64,000 bases of DNA from the NCBI GenBank assembly GCA_951406725.2, contig OX597831.1, positions 9,362,001-9,426,000 of the forward strand, read 5' to 3'. The position numbers and the translations under genes were made by a program. The DNA is from Octopus vulgaris. Its lineage: Eukaryota. This document shows positions 27,001 through 43,262 of the stretch, in pieces (within the stretch, counting starts at the first letter, position 1; every line of letters starts with the position of its first letter). The notes under the pieces are model-generated. The model worked only from the letters and a program-made list of their open reading frames with translations, was not told the origin of the DNA and did no database searches.

Positions 27001-27719
27001 GTCCAAAATGCGATTCACGCCGTTAGAACCCTTAATAACTGTACCGTAAGTTGACCGCTATTTAAATTCTGGAGAAGAAAGGAAATGCAATTGCAAAAGT
27101 TGTGAATCTGATAGGAAGAAGTCGACAATTCATACAGATTCCTGCTCGCCAAATTATGTAATTATATGATTGTGGTCGTCTTGCCGGAATTGTATTGGGC
27201 TTATGTTGTTAGTACAAAAATCTAAAGTTTAAAGATTAGAAAAGGGTAAACATGAAAGGGGAGAATGAAAAAAAATATAAGAATTATGTTTAATTTGATA
27301 GAAACAAGCGTGGTTTATATATCTGCAAGGAAACGTAACTATATTCTTATTTGAAGTATGTTTTCTCCAACACCAACCACGTCAGTCAAATCGGTAGGTA
27401 ATATTAATGAGAATAATGGAATGCGTGATGCAGAGACAGGAAGCGACTAGATTCAACAAGAAAATCCAGACACAGTATATGGAAGTCAAAGGTGAAAGTA
27501 TAAAAAAAAGCAGATACCTGCAGTGTATATCTCTTTAATAGAAAACAAGGATCAAGCCAGATATAATTAAGAAGACAAATATAACATGAAAGAGAGGGTT
27601 TAGTGAAAAAGGGATTAAATGCAACAAGAGCCAACAATAGCAACAACAACAACCACAGCAATAACAAAATGAATACTCTTTATTTGCAATAAATAAAGAT
27701 GGCTACACTGAAGAAAAAG

Positions 27720-27810
27720 AATTACGTGAATACAAAATTCAAAATATGTTTAGCTAATGAAATGGCGAAATGTTTGAACTTTTAGATATCTGTAAATAAA
27801 AATGTCGCAT
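27720..27810 (+). pseudogene. PLE RT fragment (decayed)
   Basis: NTKFKICLANEMAKCLNFLDIC resembles PLE NIKFTxExExxxCLNFLDI. Confidence 0.35.
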
Positions 27811-29494
27811 TAGAAAAAAAAAATAATCAAAGACGAATATGAACTGAGAAAAAATAAAATTTGAGAAATATATAACATTTAGTTGTATTTTAAACAATAA
27901 GGTTTACGAAAATAATGAAGGCGTACAGAGAAAAGATTTTTGGCGAATGTAATCCAGAATTGTGTAACATGATAGAAACAAGTAAAACTAAATAAAAGTA
28001 AAAAAAATGATGAAGAAAATAAATAATTGAACATTTGCTAGGAAAGTTTTTTTTTTGTCAGAACATATAAATTCGGTTAATGATTGAGGTCATCCATAAA
28101 ACAAAAGCGAGAATGAATAACGTGGCTCTTCGAACTTCAATAAATATAACATTCCAGGAAGGTGAACAGACTTGACTGGCAGGAAAATACAATGGAGGCC
28201 AAAGGATGGCAAATCTTCACTGCTTTCCTATAAATATTTTCCATGAAGTGATTTTAGAGATCAGCTTGAGTTTAAAATATAAATATTATATAATCTGTGT
28301 CTAAAATACAAAACATCTCAAAAGTCTCTCGCCAGTAGAATTTACAGAAATAAGGCTCAACATCGAAATGACAAAAAATAACTCTCAAAAAACAACAGCG
28401 ATAAGCAATATAACAAAGGGTCCCTTGATATATTGTATGTCGCTAAACTTTCACAGTCGATTGGGAGATGCAAAAGACAAATTTCTATAAAACCTGGCGC
28501 TGTTATCATTCCCGCTTAACATTGAATTCTTTCACTGAAACGTAAACCGATTTTTTCTTAGCTTTTAGGAATACTGATTAAATCCTTACATTTAATAAAG
28601 ATGATATTTAATATTTTTGAAAGAGATACATTTATCATTTGATAAACACGGATGATATAATATTGTAGAATATCCCACTTTAATATCATGCTTAATTTAA
28701 CATTTACACGCTTTAAAATAAGCTGCTATGAAAAATTTGTGGAGGAATAATATAAGGAAGATATTTTTCACCGAGGTTGACACACAGCAAATAAATAAAT
28801 TATAAACAAAGCACGAACCAAAAGAATATGCTGAAAACATTGAACTCGTAAATGGAAATAAGGAAATAAATCATTCTAAAGTGATAGAAGAATTGGAAAA
28901 TGATAACTCAAAATGGTGATATGGAGCCTTTTAAAAACGCCAAGTATCAAATTACACAGGGGTCATTGACACGTTGACTGCCCTTGCAATAACGATATAA
29001 CTATTCAAAATTCAGTGTTGGGTGAATTAACGAAACTGTCTGAAAAGACCAATAAGATGTATCCTGAAATACAAAGCGAACGACGCTCAGCTTTTATCAA
29101 GTGGAATGTAGGAGCCATTTTGGTCTAAACGGTCACATTTCTAATAAATTGCGAGAAAGAAAATACTCTCTTTATATAACCCATTAAAGTTACATAGAAT
29201 TTCAATCAACCTCACATGCTTACATATATATATGAAATATAAATACTCTCAGAAGGAGTGAGTTGATGGATAAGCAGGTAAGAGATAAATTGCAAGGAAA
29301 ATTGAGAAAAGCGGAAGAAATATTTCCACAGTTATCTCAACCGTTCTGTTAATTAGTATAAAAGAAAAATATGGCCTAATAAGCACCAAATGGAATGTCA
29401 CATTCTTGTGCCCCAACGTACACATTTTTAGCTTAATAACCATACTTGAAACAAATAACGTGACCAATACTTGCCATATCAAGATAAACTCTCC

Positions 29495-29740
<246 letters not shown>

Positions 29741-30190
29741 CATACATAAAAAAGAAAATTGCTTAGCCATATCTAATCTGTATAGACACCAAATGTCTTT
29801 GCTATGATTTTCCCACTGAGGAACAGTGATATATGCGTGAGAATTTAAATTGTTCAATAAAGCAAACATAAGCAAATACTTTTACGCTCTTATGATATTC
29901 AATAACGGAGTGGTGTCCATAGATATTTAATCGCAGAATTTTGATTGGATGATTTTGCTTCTTCTTCGTAAATCCGTTTCTTTGGAAAACAAAATAATCT
30001 CAGCTTAGAACAATCAGTGTTTTGGTTTGTCACAGAGGCAGAAACATGATGCTTTGCATGCAACCTAAGTGAATGTCACTCAGGAAAATGAAAATACAAA
30101 GGTTTTGCTGGAAATAATGAAAATTTCTATTAACTGATTCAGTTGTTCAAACTATACACGTTGGTAGCAGAACTCGTCTTCTATGCAAAG

Positions 30191-31473
30191 CTACTGCTCG
30201 ACAAACTCTCCATCACAAGCTATACATTTTACACCATCACTGAACCCAGCTACCGAATTCTCTTTGAAAAATTTCAGATGTGCACAGTTGTAGCAGCTTC
30301 TTGTCACCTAATTACTCCTGGTATCTATTATGCATCTTGTAATCAATGACTGCACTACATTGGACCGAAGACGGAGGGCAACATATTGTCTGAATTGTCG
30401 CCAAAGATAGGTGTGTGCTGTCGCAGATTGTCGTGATGAATGTGGATCATTTACATCCTGTCCTTTATATTCTTCCTAATGTATCCCCCAAGACATTAGG
30501 AAGAAGAAAGCAGCTCTTTTTTTATTGCCACCCGCTGTTCTCGAACAGATACTTTCTAGAAAGACCGAGAAGTATTTCTTCTTTGTATTTTCAAAGACAG
30601 TCGTCCTGCGACGACCTCTGACACGAATTTCTTATGCTTTGGTGACAAAGATATGATGTTATTCCGTGGAGCGAGCCTTAGTTTCCAAAATTTAAGAAAC
30701 TTTCTTATTGTAAAAAAAGCAGTCATCATTGGTTCCAAATACATCATCAGAATTCCAGCTTTCTCTCCTTCCAGTGCCAACTGTCGAAATAGATTTTTTC
30801 ACATACATTCGATGCGCAAAATTTCCATCATGTTGTATATGGTATCGTGACGACGGTCCAGTTGGGTAGCAAGCCCATAGGTTATGACTTCTATTTACGT
30901 GCAAAGTAGTTGATGCATTGACTGGCAGTTCATGTTAGCGATCACAGTTCACAGTCATTCACTGTTTGATTTTGCTTCAATAGAAGTTTTCCTTTCTATT
31001 AACTCTCTCACCTATCAGCACACAATGTGGATGCACATGGCCTAGTGGTTAGAGCAGCGGACTCGCGGTCGAAGGATCGCGGGTTCGAATCTCAGACCGG
31101 GCGATGTGTGTGTTTATGAGCGACAACATCTAAGCTCCACGCGGCTCCGGCAGAAGGTAATGGTGAACTTCTGCTGACTCTTTCGTCACAAATTTCTCTC
31201 ACTCTTTCCTCCTGCATCATCTTGCAGCTCACCTGCGACGGACCGGCGTCCCGTCCAGGTGTGGAACCTATGCGCCAAGGAAACCGGAAAACCGGCCGTT
31301 ATGAGCCAGGCATGGCTCGAGAAGGAACAAACAACAAACTATCAGCACACAATGCTCGTGTGAATGGTTCCATCTCCGTTAAGGACCAATAGTCTTCTGT
31401 GAATATCGAACACCATGTATCCCTCTATTATAAAAATGTCAATGACTGCACGTTGCTTATCCACAGAATCCAT
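30191..31473 (-). pseudogene. Near full-length decayed mariner (DD34D-type) transposase, split by a SINE
   Basis: Manual translation gives mariner motifs in order: MDSVDKQRAVIDIFIIEG..DIHRRLLVLNGD; RKTSIEAKSNS; LFRQLALEGEK (WVPRxL); SPKHKKF..AGRL; HIHHDNLRQHT (HDNARPH); FGPM; KCIACDGEFVEQ*. About 956 nt after removing the SINE and TSD; many stops and frameshifts. Confidence 0.8.
31028..31338 (+). mobile_element. SINE family C-related head with tail type 3, and 16-bp TSD
   Basis: A-box TGGCCTAGTGG, B-box GGTTCGAATCT. TSD ctatcagcacacaatg at 31012-31027 and 31339-31354. Confidence 0.92.
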
Positions 31474-32479
31474 TATTTTTCTGAAATTATGTTTGTTAAT
31501 AAACAAACTAATTATGCCCACGTTCTCATTAATTTCGATATAACCGTCAAATATTGGAAATTGAAGCAGAAAAATTTAATTAATCTAAAGCAAAATGAAG
31601 GTAACCAACTGTTATATGCAGAAGAAAATAAAACTACCCCCCCGCCCAAACTAGAGGCAATTGTTGGTGAGTGTGAAAGAAAGCAGGCAGATAGGTTTTA
31701 GAAATTGAATAGCAATTTCACAGAAACTTAAGCATTTTCATGCTTCAGTTAAAAAGAATCAGATTTTTAGAGTAAAATTTTAGAGTGACAGTTACGGACA
31801 TGGTTCTACCTTGTATGACAGAGTCAGTGGATACTAATCACTTCTAGCTTCTTAGGTCAGAAAAAAAACGTATATTTGAGTTACAGATGAATAACAAACA
31901 ATTTTAGTTCAGTTATAATTTCGATAATAAGAAAAAGACACTGTAAGTCAGGCAAATACTGCATGTGAAAGAGTAACAATTATTTCGATAAGTCGGGTAT
32001 ATAGTGCTCCAACAAATTAGGGACGCAAGCATTTCTCAATGCATTTAAATTTGTCTGTTAGTTGGAGAACGAAAACAAATACCTAGTGGCAATAGTAAAC
32101 CATTTTGAAATGAAAGATTTCCAGAAATTATGACTTTTTTCGTTTTATAAAACTAATAATTTTCCCATTTAATGTGAAGACTCATTCTTCATAGAGTCAC
32201 GATAACGGCCACAAGTTAGTTTTCACTCTGCTACACTTCATCTGCAGGCTACAGCAAATCTCGTCCCTCGTACATCAATGAATATAGATTTTTTACAAAT
32301 GGAAAAATAAAAATGATTCTGTATTACTGAACAAAAATGGTTGTAACTGCTGTTAGATTTCTCCGGGTGAAACAGGCAAAAGATGAATATATTCCTCTCA
32401 TAAGTGTCCATAACCCCAAAATATACGATTAACTGCCACCATCCTTTTCTCACAGAAACCTCACAAAAATCTCACAAAT

Positions 32480-33120
32480 ATCAAATTTTCTTTCGTGAGT
32501 AAATAGAAAATTGTCCTCGAAAGTCCTCGAATTTATCGAACACTTCCTTGATCTTTGAATACTTCCTTGATCAGCATGGCCTTGGTGATGAAGGCAGATC
32601 GGTCGCTGTCTTTCTAAACTGTGCCCCACACATAGTAATCTATAGGATTACAATCAGTGAATTAGGGTAAGGAGATCAGAAATTGGAACTGCTGAAGTCT
32701 TAGAGATTCTCCGACAAACACTTCACACGTTTTCATTGAGGTATTCCAAAGAACCGAATCCTTCTGCCATACATATGACACTCTAGCAGCAACACTCTCC
32801 AGTGAAGGACTGACTGTAGTTTCCGGTAGTTTCACATAGCCGTCTGAGATGGGCCAAGAGCTGTGTTCAAAGATTATGGAACGAATTTCCACATGCATAC
32901 GCAGTCACAATGTCTGCTGTGACCCTTCCTGCTGGCCACTGTTTCGTCATCTCCGTTGCAGCTGTCCATGTTACCTGTTACAACGTTTGCAGTGCTCACA
33001 GAGCATCGGACAGAAACTATGACGTCAGCATTTTGGCAGCCGAGGCCAACCGTCATGATACAGGTAACTCTTTTCCAATTTTCAGATAACTTCAAGTTCT
33101 CCACAACTGACATTTTCTCA
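32480..33120 (-). pseudogene. Internally deleted Tc1/mariner-superfamily (maT/DD37D-like) transposase
   Basis: N-terminal NLKLSENWKR...NGDDETVASRKGHSRHCDCV is joined directly to SDGYVKLPETTVSPSLESVAARVSYVWQKDSV..NTS and PNS.DCNPIDYYVWGTV (WPPxSPDxNPLDYxVW motif). Confidence 0.78.
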
Positions 33121-33206
33121 ACTACAACTTTAATTGTTATGCCTTCTAACGCCGATCACTGCTCACCAACACATCCAAATATTCCCCAAGAAAGGAAATA
33201 TATTCG

Positions 33207-33417
33207 TTTCTTTATTGCCCACAGGGGCTAAACATAGATGGGACAAACAAGGTCAAACAGTGGGATTAAGTCGATTACATCAACCCAAGTGTGTAATGGT
33301 ACTTACTTAATCGACCACAAAGGCATGAAAGGCAAAGTCGACCTCGTCGGAATTTGAACTCAAAACGTAACGGCAGACGAAATATCATTAAGCATTTCGC
33401 CCGGCCTGCTAACGATT
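33207..33417 (-). mobile_element. SINE family A
   Basis: Reverse complement of most of 216-446. Confidence 0.9.
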
Positions 33418-33549
33418 TGGCCCCTCAATCTGTATATGTGTGTGTTTGTGTATGTCCTATATTAGATATCTTGCCACATTCCATTTTGCTTTCTTGAGTC
33501 TATCTTTACCGCGAGAGGCGGCCGGTACATATATTTAAATGTATTTGCA

Positions 33550-33890
33550 AATACCATTAATTGGGCCGCGGCCGTGTTGGGGGACATCCTTGAAAAAGTT
33601 CGGTCAAACGAATTGACACCAGGATTTATTTCTTTAGGCCTGGTAATTATGCTATAGGTCTTGTTTGAGAAACGCCAAGTTACGGGGACGTGGATACACC
33701 AACACCGGTTGTTAACCGGTGGTGGAGGACAAACACAGACACAAAGACATAACCACGCGCGCGCAGGGCAGGGCAGGTTTCTTTCAGCTTCCGTGTACCA
33801 AATCCCCTCACAAAGCTTTGGTCCTCCCGAAGCTATAATAAGCACTTGATGAAGGCGCCATATAGTGGGACCGAACTTGAAACCACGTGG
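33550..33890 (-). mobile_element. SINE family B, degenerate
   Basis: aagttacggggacgtggatacaccaacaccggttg...taccaaatcccctcacaaagctttggtc. Confidence 0.8.
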
Positions 33891-34319
33891 GCAGGTTTGT
33901 AAGGATGGCTTTTGATTTTCTACTTCGTGACATTTGGTGAACGAATCGATGTAAAATTAGTGAGTCGAAATATATCTGGAGTAACAGAAAACACCTCGTT
34001 AAATATTAAACCTCGTACAAAGTTTCATTCATAATTGCAAAAAAAAAAAAAATTTTAATGAAGGGATGAAGAGCGAAAGGTTATACAAATGAAAGAATTA
34101 TGTGATTTGAAGAACTGAAACACACCTAACATAAATTTGTCTTGACAGCAAAACTCTCTAAGATTCTTATATTGATGTTCTGCTTCACAAGGCTTCGGCG
34201 GCAATTTCGTATCGTGTTATCAATAATCATTAAAAATCTCCTTTTGTGTCATACCCCTCACTACATAGGTATATATTAAAATTTCAAGAGCATTTATTTG
34301 TAAGACATTGTTTCTGCAC

Positions 34320-34367
<48 letters not shown>

Positions 34368-34369
<2 letters not shown>

Positions 34370-34465
34370 CTTCTTTCCTTCTTTCCTGAGCGTCCAATAA
34401 TACTATATTTGTTCCACGTCCTCGCGTTGTTGTGTTTTTTTGTGCTTTCTTGTTTGGATTAACTT

Positions 34466-34466
<1 letters not shown>
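34368..34466 (+). mobile_element. ~100-bp element inside (TA)n, related to the 3' part of 13523-13726
   Basis: ttcctgagcg...aata.t...tttgtt..T-rich end, with (TA)n on both flanks. Confidence 0.5.
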
Positions 34467-34562
<96 letters not shown>

Positions 34563-34949
34563 TTAAGAGTTTATAATCAGTTTTAGACCCATGTTAAAGC
34601 GATTCGTCTCTCTCTTGTTTCGTCTAGCTCTGCAGTAACAAGTCTTACGCTAATTCACGTGATTGCATTTAAAGCACGCAAGGAAAGAAGATTCATAAAA
34701 TCAGTTTGTACCTAAGATGCTTTACAAATTTCATATAATACTTCCTTAACAGTGTCCATTGGCCTGAAATGACAAAGGCAATTGTGATGCTTCGAATAGA
34801 TTCACTTCATACAAAATCTATTTGACTTTTATCAACGTTTCAACAGGCAAATACTTTTCAATAAATCAAATGGCTATTTTCGTCAATGAAAACAGAAACA
34901 AGAACGTTTCTGTGACATGATTGTTATACTCTTTGACTAAAATGAACCA

Positions 34950-35860
34950 CTAATGAAATACAATCACGGTATTTCTCGCATGATTCTTTCTCCAGCCTGA
35001 CAAATGCTGAAAGCTTTTAACATGATTCCCATTTATCTACAGACCAGCAAATTGAATGTAGAACAAATTGATACTGAAAGGCATATTATTGACTATAACT
35101 GCTTTTGATTCCAGCGCTGACCAACGTATATTGTCTCAAGGAAGATATGCAAGCTCTATGTATTTTAAGCTTTAAAAGAAAATCAGTTTTACTCTAAGTG
35201 TAGACTGACCTATTACAATAAGTTACTGAATTAAAGGATACCGTTATAGATATTATGATTTATGCGTGGGAGTTTATTTCCCAGTTTTGACAAAATATAA
35301 TTTCATCTTATATTTATGTATGCGTCATACTGAGATAACCGGGAGAAAGCTATGTTTGTTTGTAATCATATCAATCTGAAAAGAATTCAATTAAATTGCT
35401 AGAAACATCACCCATAGCATTCGAACATTCTCCTAACGGCAATCCAAATAGCTCTGATATCCAAACACATTATTCATATAATTGTCACCGTATCTTCATG
35501 CATCAGATCCTCTCTCTGCTTGATCATGGCAACGAGATACAAACGTGTGTATATATTTCGTGGGGTTTCGAGAGATTAAAAACTGATGGAATTTCTATCA
35601 AGTTCCTTGTTGTATGCACTTGGCAGAAAATGAGTTTCATAAACATTATATCTGGTGAATAAAAACCATTGTCGTACATAGACACATGTAATATATTTTG
35701 TATACTTCATGCTCGTATTACCCAGTCGCCAGAGTTCATTCATCACCGCTTCTAAATTTGCTGTGTAGATAAATACAGCAACTTATAACTCCCAGAAATA
35801 GTCACAAGTATTCAGCCGTCAGTATAATACTTGCAAGATAATCTCTAGCAATCTAAATAC
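34950..35860 (-). pseudogene. Highly decayed mariner-like transposase
   Basis: Ordered weak motifs: NELWRLGNTSM, SAKCI, VCISL, SFNSVTYCN, DNIR, YQFVLHSICWSVD (resembles the HPPYSPD region). Confidence 0.4.
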
Positions 35861-36687
35861 GCGTCCATTGACCAGCCGAAAGGAAACTGATAAATATTTG
35901 CTGGTCCTGATAGTTTAGGCAGGTAAATGACCGTCAGATCGATATAAGATTAAGAAACGGAGATAACATTCGATAAACTGCTAGATCAAGTTAAAGTTAC
36001 ATTTTTCTCTTGTTTCAGATTTATTTAGTATACGAGAATAATTATCGAGGGATATATTAAAGATGTATGTGCATTAAAGTTAATCAAAGACTAATAGACC
36101 AATCCAGAGCTATTAAATCTTAGTTTCATATCATTATGACAATCTCCGGAACTTTTGGCAATTCCGATCAGTTTAATAGTCAAATTCATATTAAGTTTAT
36201 GCCACACACACTGCAGAGTAAATATGTGTCTCTCTTAAAGCTGAAAGCCAGGTCACTTTCACATACCTCACGTAACGAATGTCTATGAACTTACATTTCC
36301 CAAGAGATATATCTGCATCTGCACGATAATAGAATAGGTGAAGAATACAACACTAATTATGATAATGAACTGCTTTTAATTGAAAATTTAATTTAGTTTT
36401 GTTTTACATTTGTTACACCATAGCACATAAGAAAATAAACTTTGAATAATTTGAGTTATGTGTCTGAGATAAGCGATTCCGATCGTTCTGTGAGGAGTCG
36501 ATAGTAAGGTGATGATGGATTGGAAGACAGAAAAACATTGCTATTCACGGCTTCCGTTCATCCGGGTCGAGTTTTGTCATGGGGTCTGAGGTATTTAGTG
36601 TGATTTTTAACCCTCGGCGTAAACAAGGGACGTTTCACAGAACGTTACATCGCAACGAAAGATGACGAATAACCAAAGCACACACAT

Positions 36688-36753
<66 letters not shown>

Positions 36754-36915
36754 TATGTATATGACATCTAAAATGTTAACATTCTTTCATACACACATAC
36801 ATACATACATACATAAATACATACATACACACATACATACTTACATAAATACATACATTCACGCATATATAGGAATAGACAGAAAAATAGATTCCTTCAT
36901 TCATTCATCCATCAT

Positions 36916-36968
<53 letters not shown>

Positions 36969-37583
36969 TATACACTACATAAATTATATTTTTATAAACA
37001 AACCCTTCCGGGTTTGCTCATCATTTTTCGGTCATATGGGTATGTTTAAAAATTGTCGCTTCAAATCGGAGAATAAATATCATTATGATATATATATACA
37101 CTTCCGCCTCTCATACATATTGCGATATATCGATTTTAGACGTTGTTCTAATCGATTTCTTGAAATATATTTTTTTTCCGTGTAGCGAAGTATGATTGCA
37201 GTGTCATATCTGAATTTGATGAGAAATATTTGAGAATGGATCTGGAATGGATTTGCACATTTTAAATTTTAAACGATAGAAACAACGGAGAGAAAAATCT
37301 TCTCTGATGTAATTGCAACTCTGCAGTATCAAACTTAATGCCTGAGGGGCCATTGATACGATTTATGATCGTCTAAGATGTGGCAAAAGAAACGTAAATG
37401 AAATATTTTAGTCTTAAATTGACTTCTAAGATCATAAGATTACCTCGAGGGAGGAAAACATAGAAATATTAATCTTTTTCGAAACAAATATAACTGCTGA
37501 GGCAATGAGGAGAAAAGAGAGAATAGGATTAAGTCTATTCTATCTTTATATCTACTAACCAATTCATATTACTATTGATATAG

Positions 37584-37635
<52 letters not shown>

Positions 37636-37672
37636 CGTGTGTGTACATATATATACACATATGTATATGTAT

Positions 37673-37717
<45 letters not shown>

Positions 37718-38250
37718 AATTGCTAACTTATGCAGAAACCACTCATGATGTTAGTAAGTCTTCATTTGAATTCATTCCTTTGATTTGTAGGTAGAATAGG
37801 AGAGTTTGAACCCAACTTTTCATCATCATCATATCCATCCCCACCATCTCTATTGGAGAACTCGTTAATTACTGGTAAAGTGGCTGTAATTTCTATGTAA
37901 TTATACTTAACCTATTCTCTAAGATATATTCAAATTTGAACCCGGTACGCAGAGAGCCAGAATTATATCGCAAGTTAAATTCTCCGGCCCTCCACCTTTC
38001 ACCCAATCCTTTAATCCCTCAACGAATACAGTATCTGCTTGGGATTACTCAAATAAAACGAAAATAACACAGCCTTAATAGGAATCGGTTTTCTATCCGA
38101 AATTGAAATCCATTCCCTTTTCCTTATTTCACTATTATTGTTATTTAACGCACAAATGCCCATGCTCACACGGTATGCCTTGTCCTTAATGCTGACACAG
38201 GAAAAACTTAAACGTGTTTCTTTTTGATTTGTTCATTAAATAACCTAATT

Positions 38251-38630
38251 GGAGGCGCAATGGCCCAGTGGTTAGGGCAGCGGACTCGCGGTCATAGGAT
38301 CGCGGTTTCAATTCCCAGACCGGGCGTTGTGAGTGTTTATTGAGCGAAAACACCTAAAGCTCCACGAGGCTCCGGCAGGGATGGTGGTGATCCTTGCTGT
38401 ACTCTTTCACCACAACTTTCTCTCACTCTTACTTCCTGTTTCTGTTGTACCTGTATTTCAAAGGACCGGCCTTGTCACTCTTTGTGTCACGCTGAATATC
38501 CCCGAGAACTACGTTAAGGGTACACGTGTCTGTGGAGTGCTCAGCCACTTACACGTTATTTCACGAGCAGGCTGTTCCGTTGATTCGGATCAACCGGAAC
38601 CCTCATCGTCGTAACCGACGGAGTGCTTCA
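38251..38630 (+). mobile_element. SINE family C, full length, tail type 1, 11-bp TSD
   Basis: GGAGGCGCAATGGCCCAGTGGTTAGGGCAGCGG head. TSD aaataacctaa at 38238-38248 and 38635-38645. Near-identical inverted copy at 53589-53968. Confidence 0.93.
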
Positions 38631-40659
38631 AACCAAATAACCTAACGATGTGTATGGACTACACAGCATTACCTTTATGGTTCACCAGAAATATCATCGA
38701 CTTTAACCACAAATCGCACTGAAGTAAAAACCGATTTCGAATTTCACTTCCATCGATAACGCTCTCAATAAATGCATGGATGCCACGGCTTCACATTTAC
38801 ATCTAAAGCGAAATAAAAATGATCCAACATCGGTGTCTGAACGCAATCAATATGCCTGCTAGAAAGAGTAACTATGTCCCTCATGTCATCCAAATTAACC
38901 TTTTAAAACTGTAAGGCCATATCAAACAATGGGTAGAGATCAAACGATGCTGGCTTTCATCTGTTACATTTGAAGACGTTTCTGTTGAGGTGGGCCATTG
39001 TGTATTGTACAATGAATGAGATGTCCTGTTCTCCCGATTAGTCTAGTAACTTGCACCAAGATCGAACTCGAATCACAACCAGCCAGAATACAAGTTTAAA
39101 GATAACTTACCTGAAACTATTAAACTTCCGCTAATCCAACTTTTTTTTAACTTGCACTCAATTTAATCACCTTCGAAAGGATGAAGAACACAGCTGATCC
39201 CGGCAAAAACTGAATTCTCAGAATAGATTCATAAGAAACCCTGAAGTAATTCGATGTCTGCTTTGGATTTTTATAATAAATTACTTTCCTAGAGAACAAG
39301 CTATTTAAATGTGTTACACAGTTTGGTCAACCTCAGTTGAAAATTGTTTTACTCAGTTGCTATGTAAGGAAAGAAGTGAATCTCCCAAACTCCCACATAC
39401 GTTATCAAAATATGACTTACATTATTGTTTGCGAGGCATCATTGTCGCAGTAATTGTATTTTTCTATAAAATATTTTATTCTTAATGCGATTCTATTTCT
39501 TTCCATTTATTCCTCCAGTGCCAGAATATTCTATACCACTTAACCATCATCAATCGCCGCGGTTGCATCTCTAAACGATGGTTTGTGCACAAAAACATAA
39601 AAACGGATCATAAATCTCACAGCAAGACTAACAGTCAAATGCTAAATTCACTCTATGTCACTGTAATATATTTTTTTAGTTCTCAGTCAATCCTATTCAA
39701 GCAGATATAAGATTAAAGGCGTTCCAGCTGCGATCATCTCTTTCATTTTGTATTCAATGTATGTTTTCGGTAAGCACGGTATCTAGAGTCATTTGAGGAA
39801 TATAGCTACAATTTCTAGAAGCCACAGCGACTGCGCTGGGAGACGTCCGTCTGCGCATGGTATAATACAGTTGTAATAAATCAACTAAAACGGTTTGGCT
39901 CTAATGAAACCATTAAAGATCTTTAGATGGGTATGAACTTCAAAACATACCCGTTTTGGCTTCTTCATCAATATAGTAAGCGATGTATAACGGGAAATTA
40001 CTGATTGAAATAAATCGATATCGCGTTGAACTTACACCAAGAAAGTTTGGAGCACAATCGTATAGGAAATCACTTCGCGTTTTCACATTGTAAAACACGG
40101 TCAGATGAAATTAAGCTACAGACGTGCCACGACGCTGATGCTCTCTCTGTTAGGAATAATTGGCTTATTCACCAGATTACTCTCTTTATACTGTAATAGA
40201 CCCGCAGAAAATACATTGGTAAATGTAGATCTGTGTATACAAAGTGAAGGGAAGGTCTTAGCGGGAAAGTCTTCATTCCTATATCTGCTTCAGCAGAATT
40301 GAGAGGCGGGGGAGTAAACTAAAAGTAAAACAACAAATTGTGGCATAAAATGATTCTAAAAATTGTTGCGAATGTTTTGCTGTGTGAGATTTGTGATCGG
40401 TTTTTTACGTCATTCTGGGTAAATCGGTGTTTAGGGATGCAACCGCGACGCTTTTTGGTGGAAAAGCGTAAAATAGGATCTTCGGGTTGCCTCGGGATAA
40501 GCGGAAGGGAATGGAATGGAATCGCAGCTGGAAGAAAATATTCTAAAGAATAATCCAATTACAACGATCGGGATCATGGGAAGATTTATTCGCAGCTGGA
40601 TCGCTTTCTGTCCACCAGCAACCCTTGTGGTCACGCCTACACCATCGAAGATATAATCA

Positions 40660-42020
<1,361 letters not shown>

Positions 42021-42044
42021 ACAAGAGACCAATTGTATAGATTC

Positions 42045-42493
42045 GTATATATATGATGGTGTATATACATATATATATATATATATATTTATTTATATGT
42101 ATATATATCTATATCTATCTATATATATATATACATATATACGTAGATATATACACACACATGTATATGTATACATACATACATCTATCTATATATTTAT
42201 CTATATACATATAGATATACATATACATATGCATCTATACATACATATATTTATGCATATATATATATTGATATATATGTATATATGTATATATATTCAT
42301 ATATACATAGATATATACGCACACATGTAAATGTATATGTACATATATCTATCCATCTATATATATATACATATATACGTAGATGTATACGCACACATGT
42401 AAATGTATACATACATATATCTATCCATCTATATATATACATATATATATACATATGTATATATATACATATATACACATATATATATATGTA

Positions 42494-42549
<56 letters not shown>

Positions 42550-42864
42550 TATATATTTCAATATGGATTCTTCTATTTCCACACCGTCCCTGATACAATT
42601 AAACCAGTTAATGGATTTAGTTTAACGTCCGTCATATCTCGTCATCACTAAATTAATAAATTACTAAGCCAGTTGCAATTTCTTCATTTCCTTAAATGGT
42701 TATCATTGAACCATCATTAAAACTATTTAAGTCAAATACTTTCATACTCCTATTATACTTTCACTCAATTTTTAACTTTTTTTCCAATTTAATATTTCAT
42801 AAAATGTAAACGCTAGAAAGTTAAGAAATCATTTAGTTTTATATACATAAATATACATAATTTA

Positions 42865-42952
<88 letters not shown>

Positions 42953-43007
42953 TACACATATATATATATATATTATGTATATATGTATATATATGTATAT
43001 ATGTATA

Positions 43008-43048
<41 letters not shown>

Positions 43049-43215
43049 ATATATAGATGCTATTATATGTAAGCATGTGTATACATTATATTTATATTCA
43101 CATATATATGTAAGTATGTATTTACGTATACATACATACATACATACATATATACATATACATATATAGGTATGTGTGTGTGTGTCTACTTCTCTCTTTC
43201 TCTCTCTCTCTCTCT

Positions 43216-43262
<47 letters not shown>

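Noticed and set aside
30330-30900. piggyBac-like reading (KKSISTVGTGRR, GDNSDNML)
   Set aside because: Other frames give a complete ordered set of mariner motifs from start to stop, which explains the region better.
38251-38325. tRNA gene
   Set aside because: It has A/B boxes but continues into a SINE body with a TSD, and I could not fold a full cloverleaf. The same applies to the other SINE heads.
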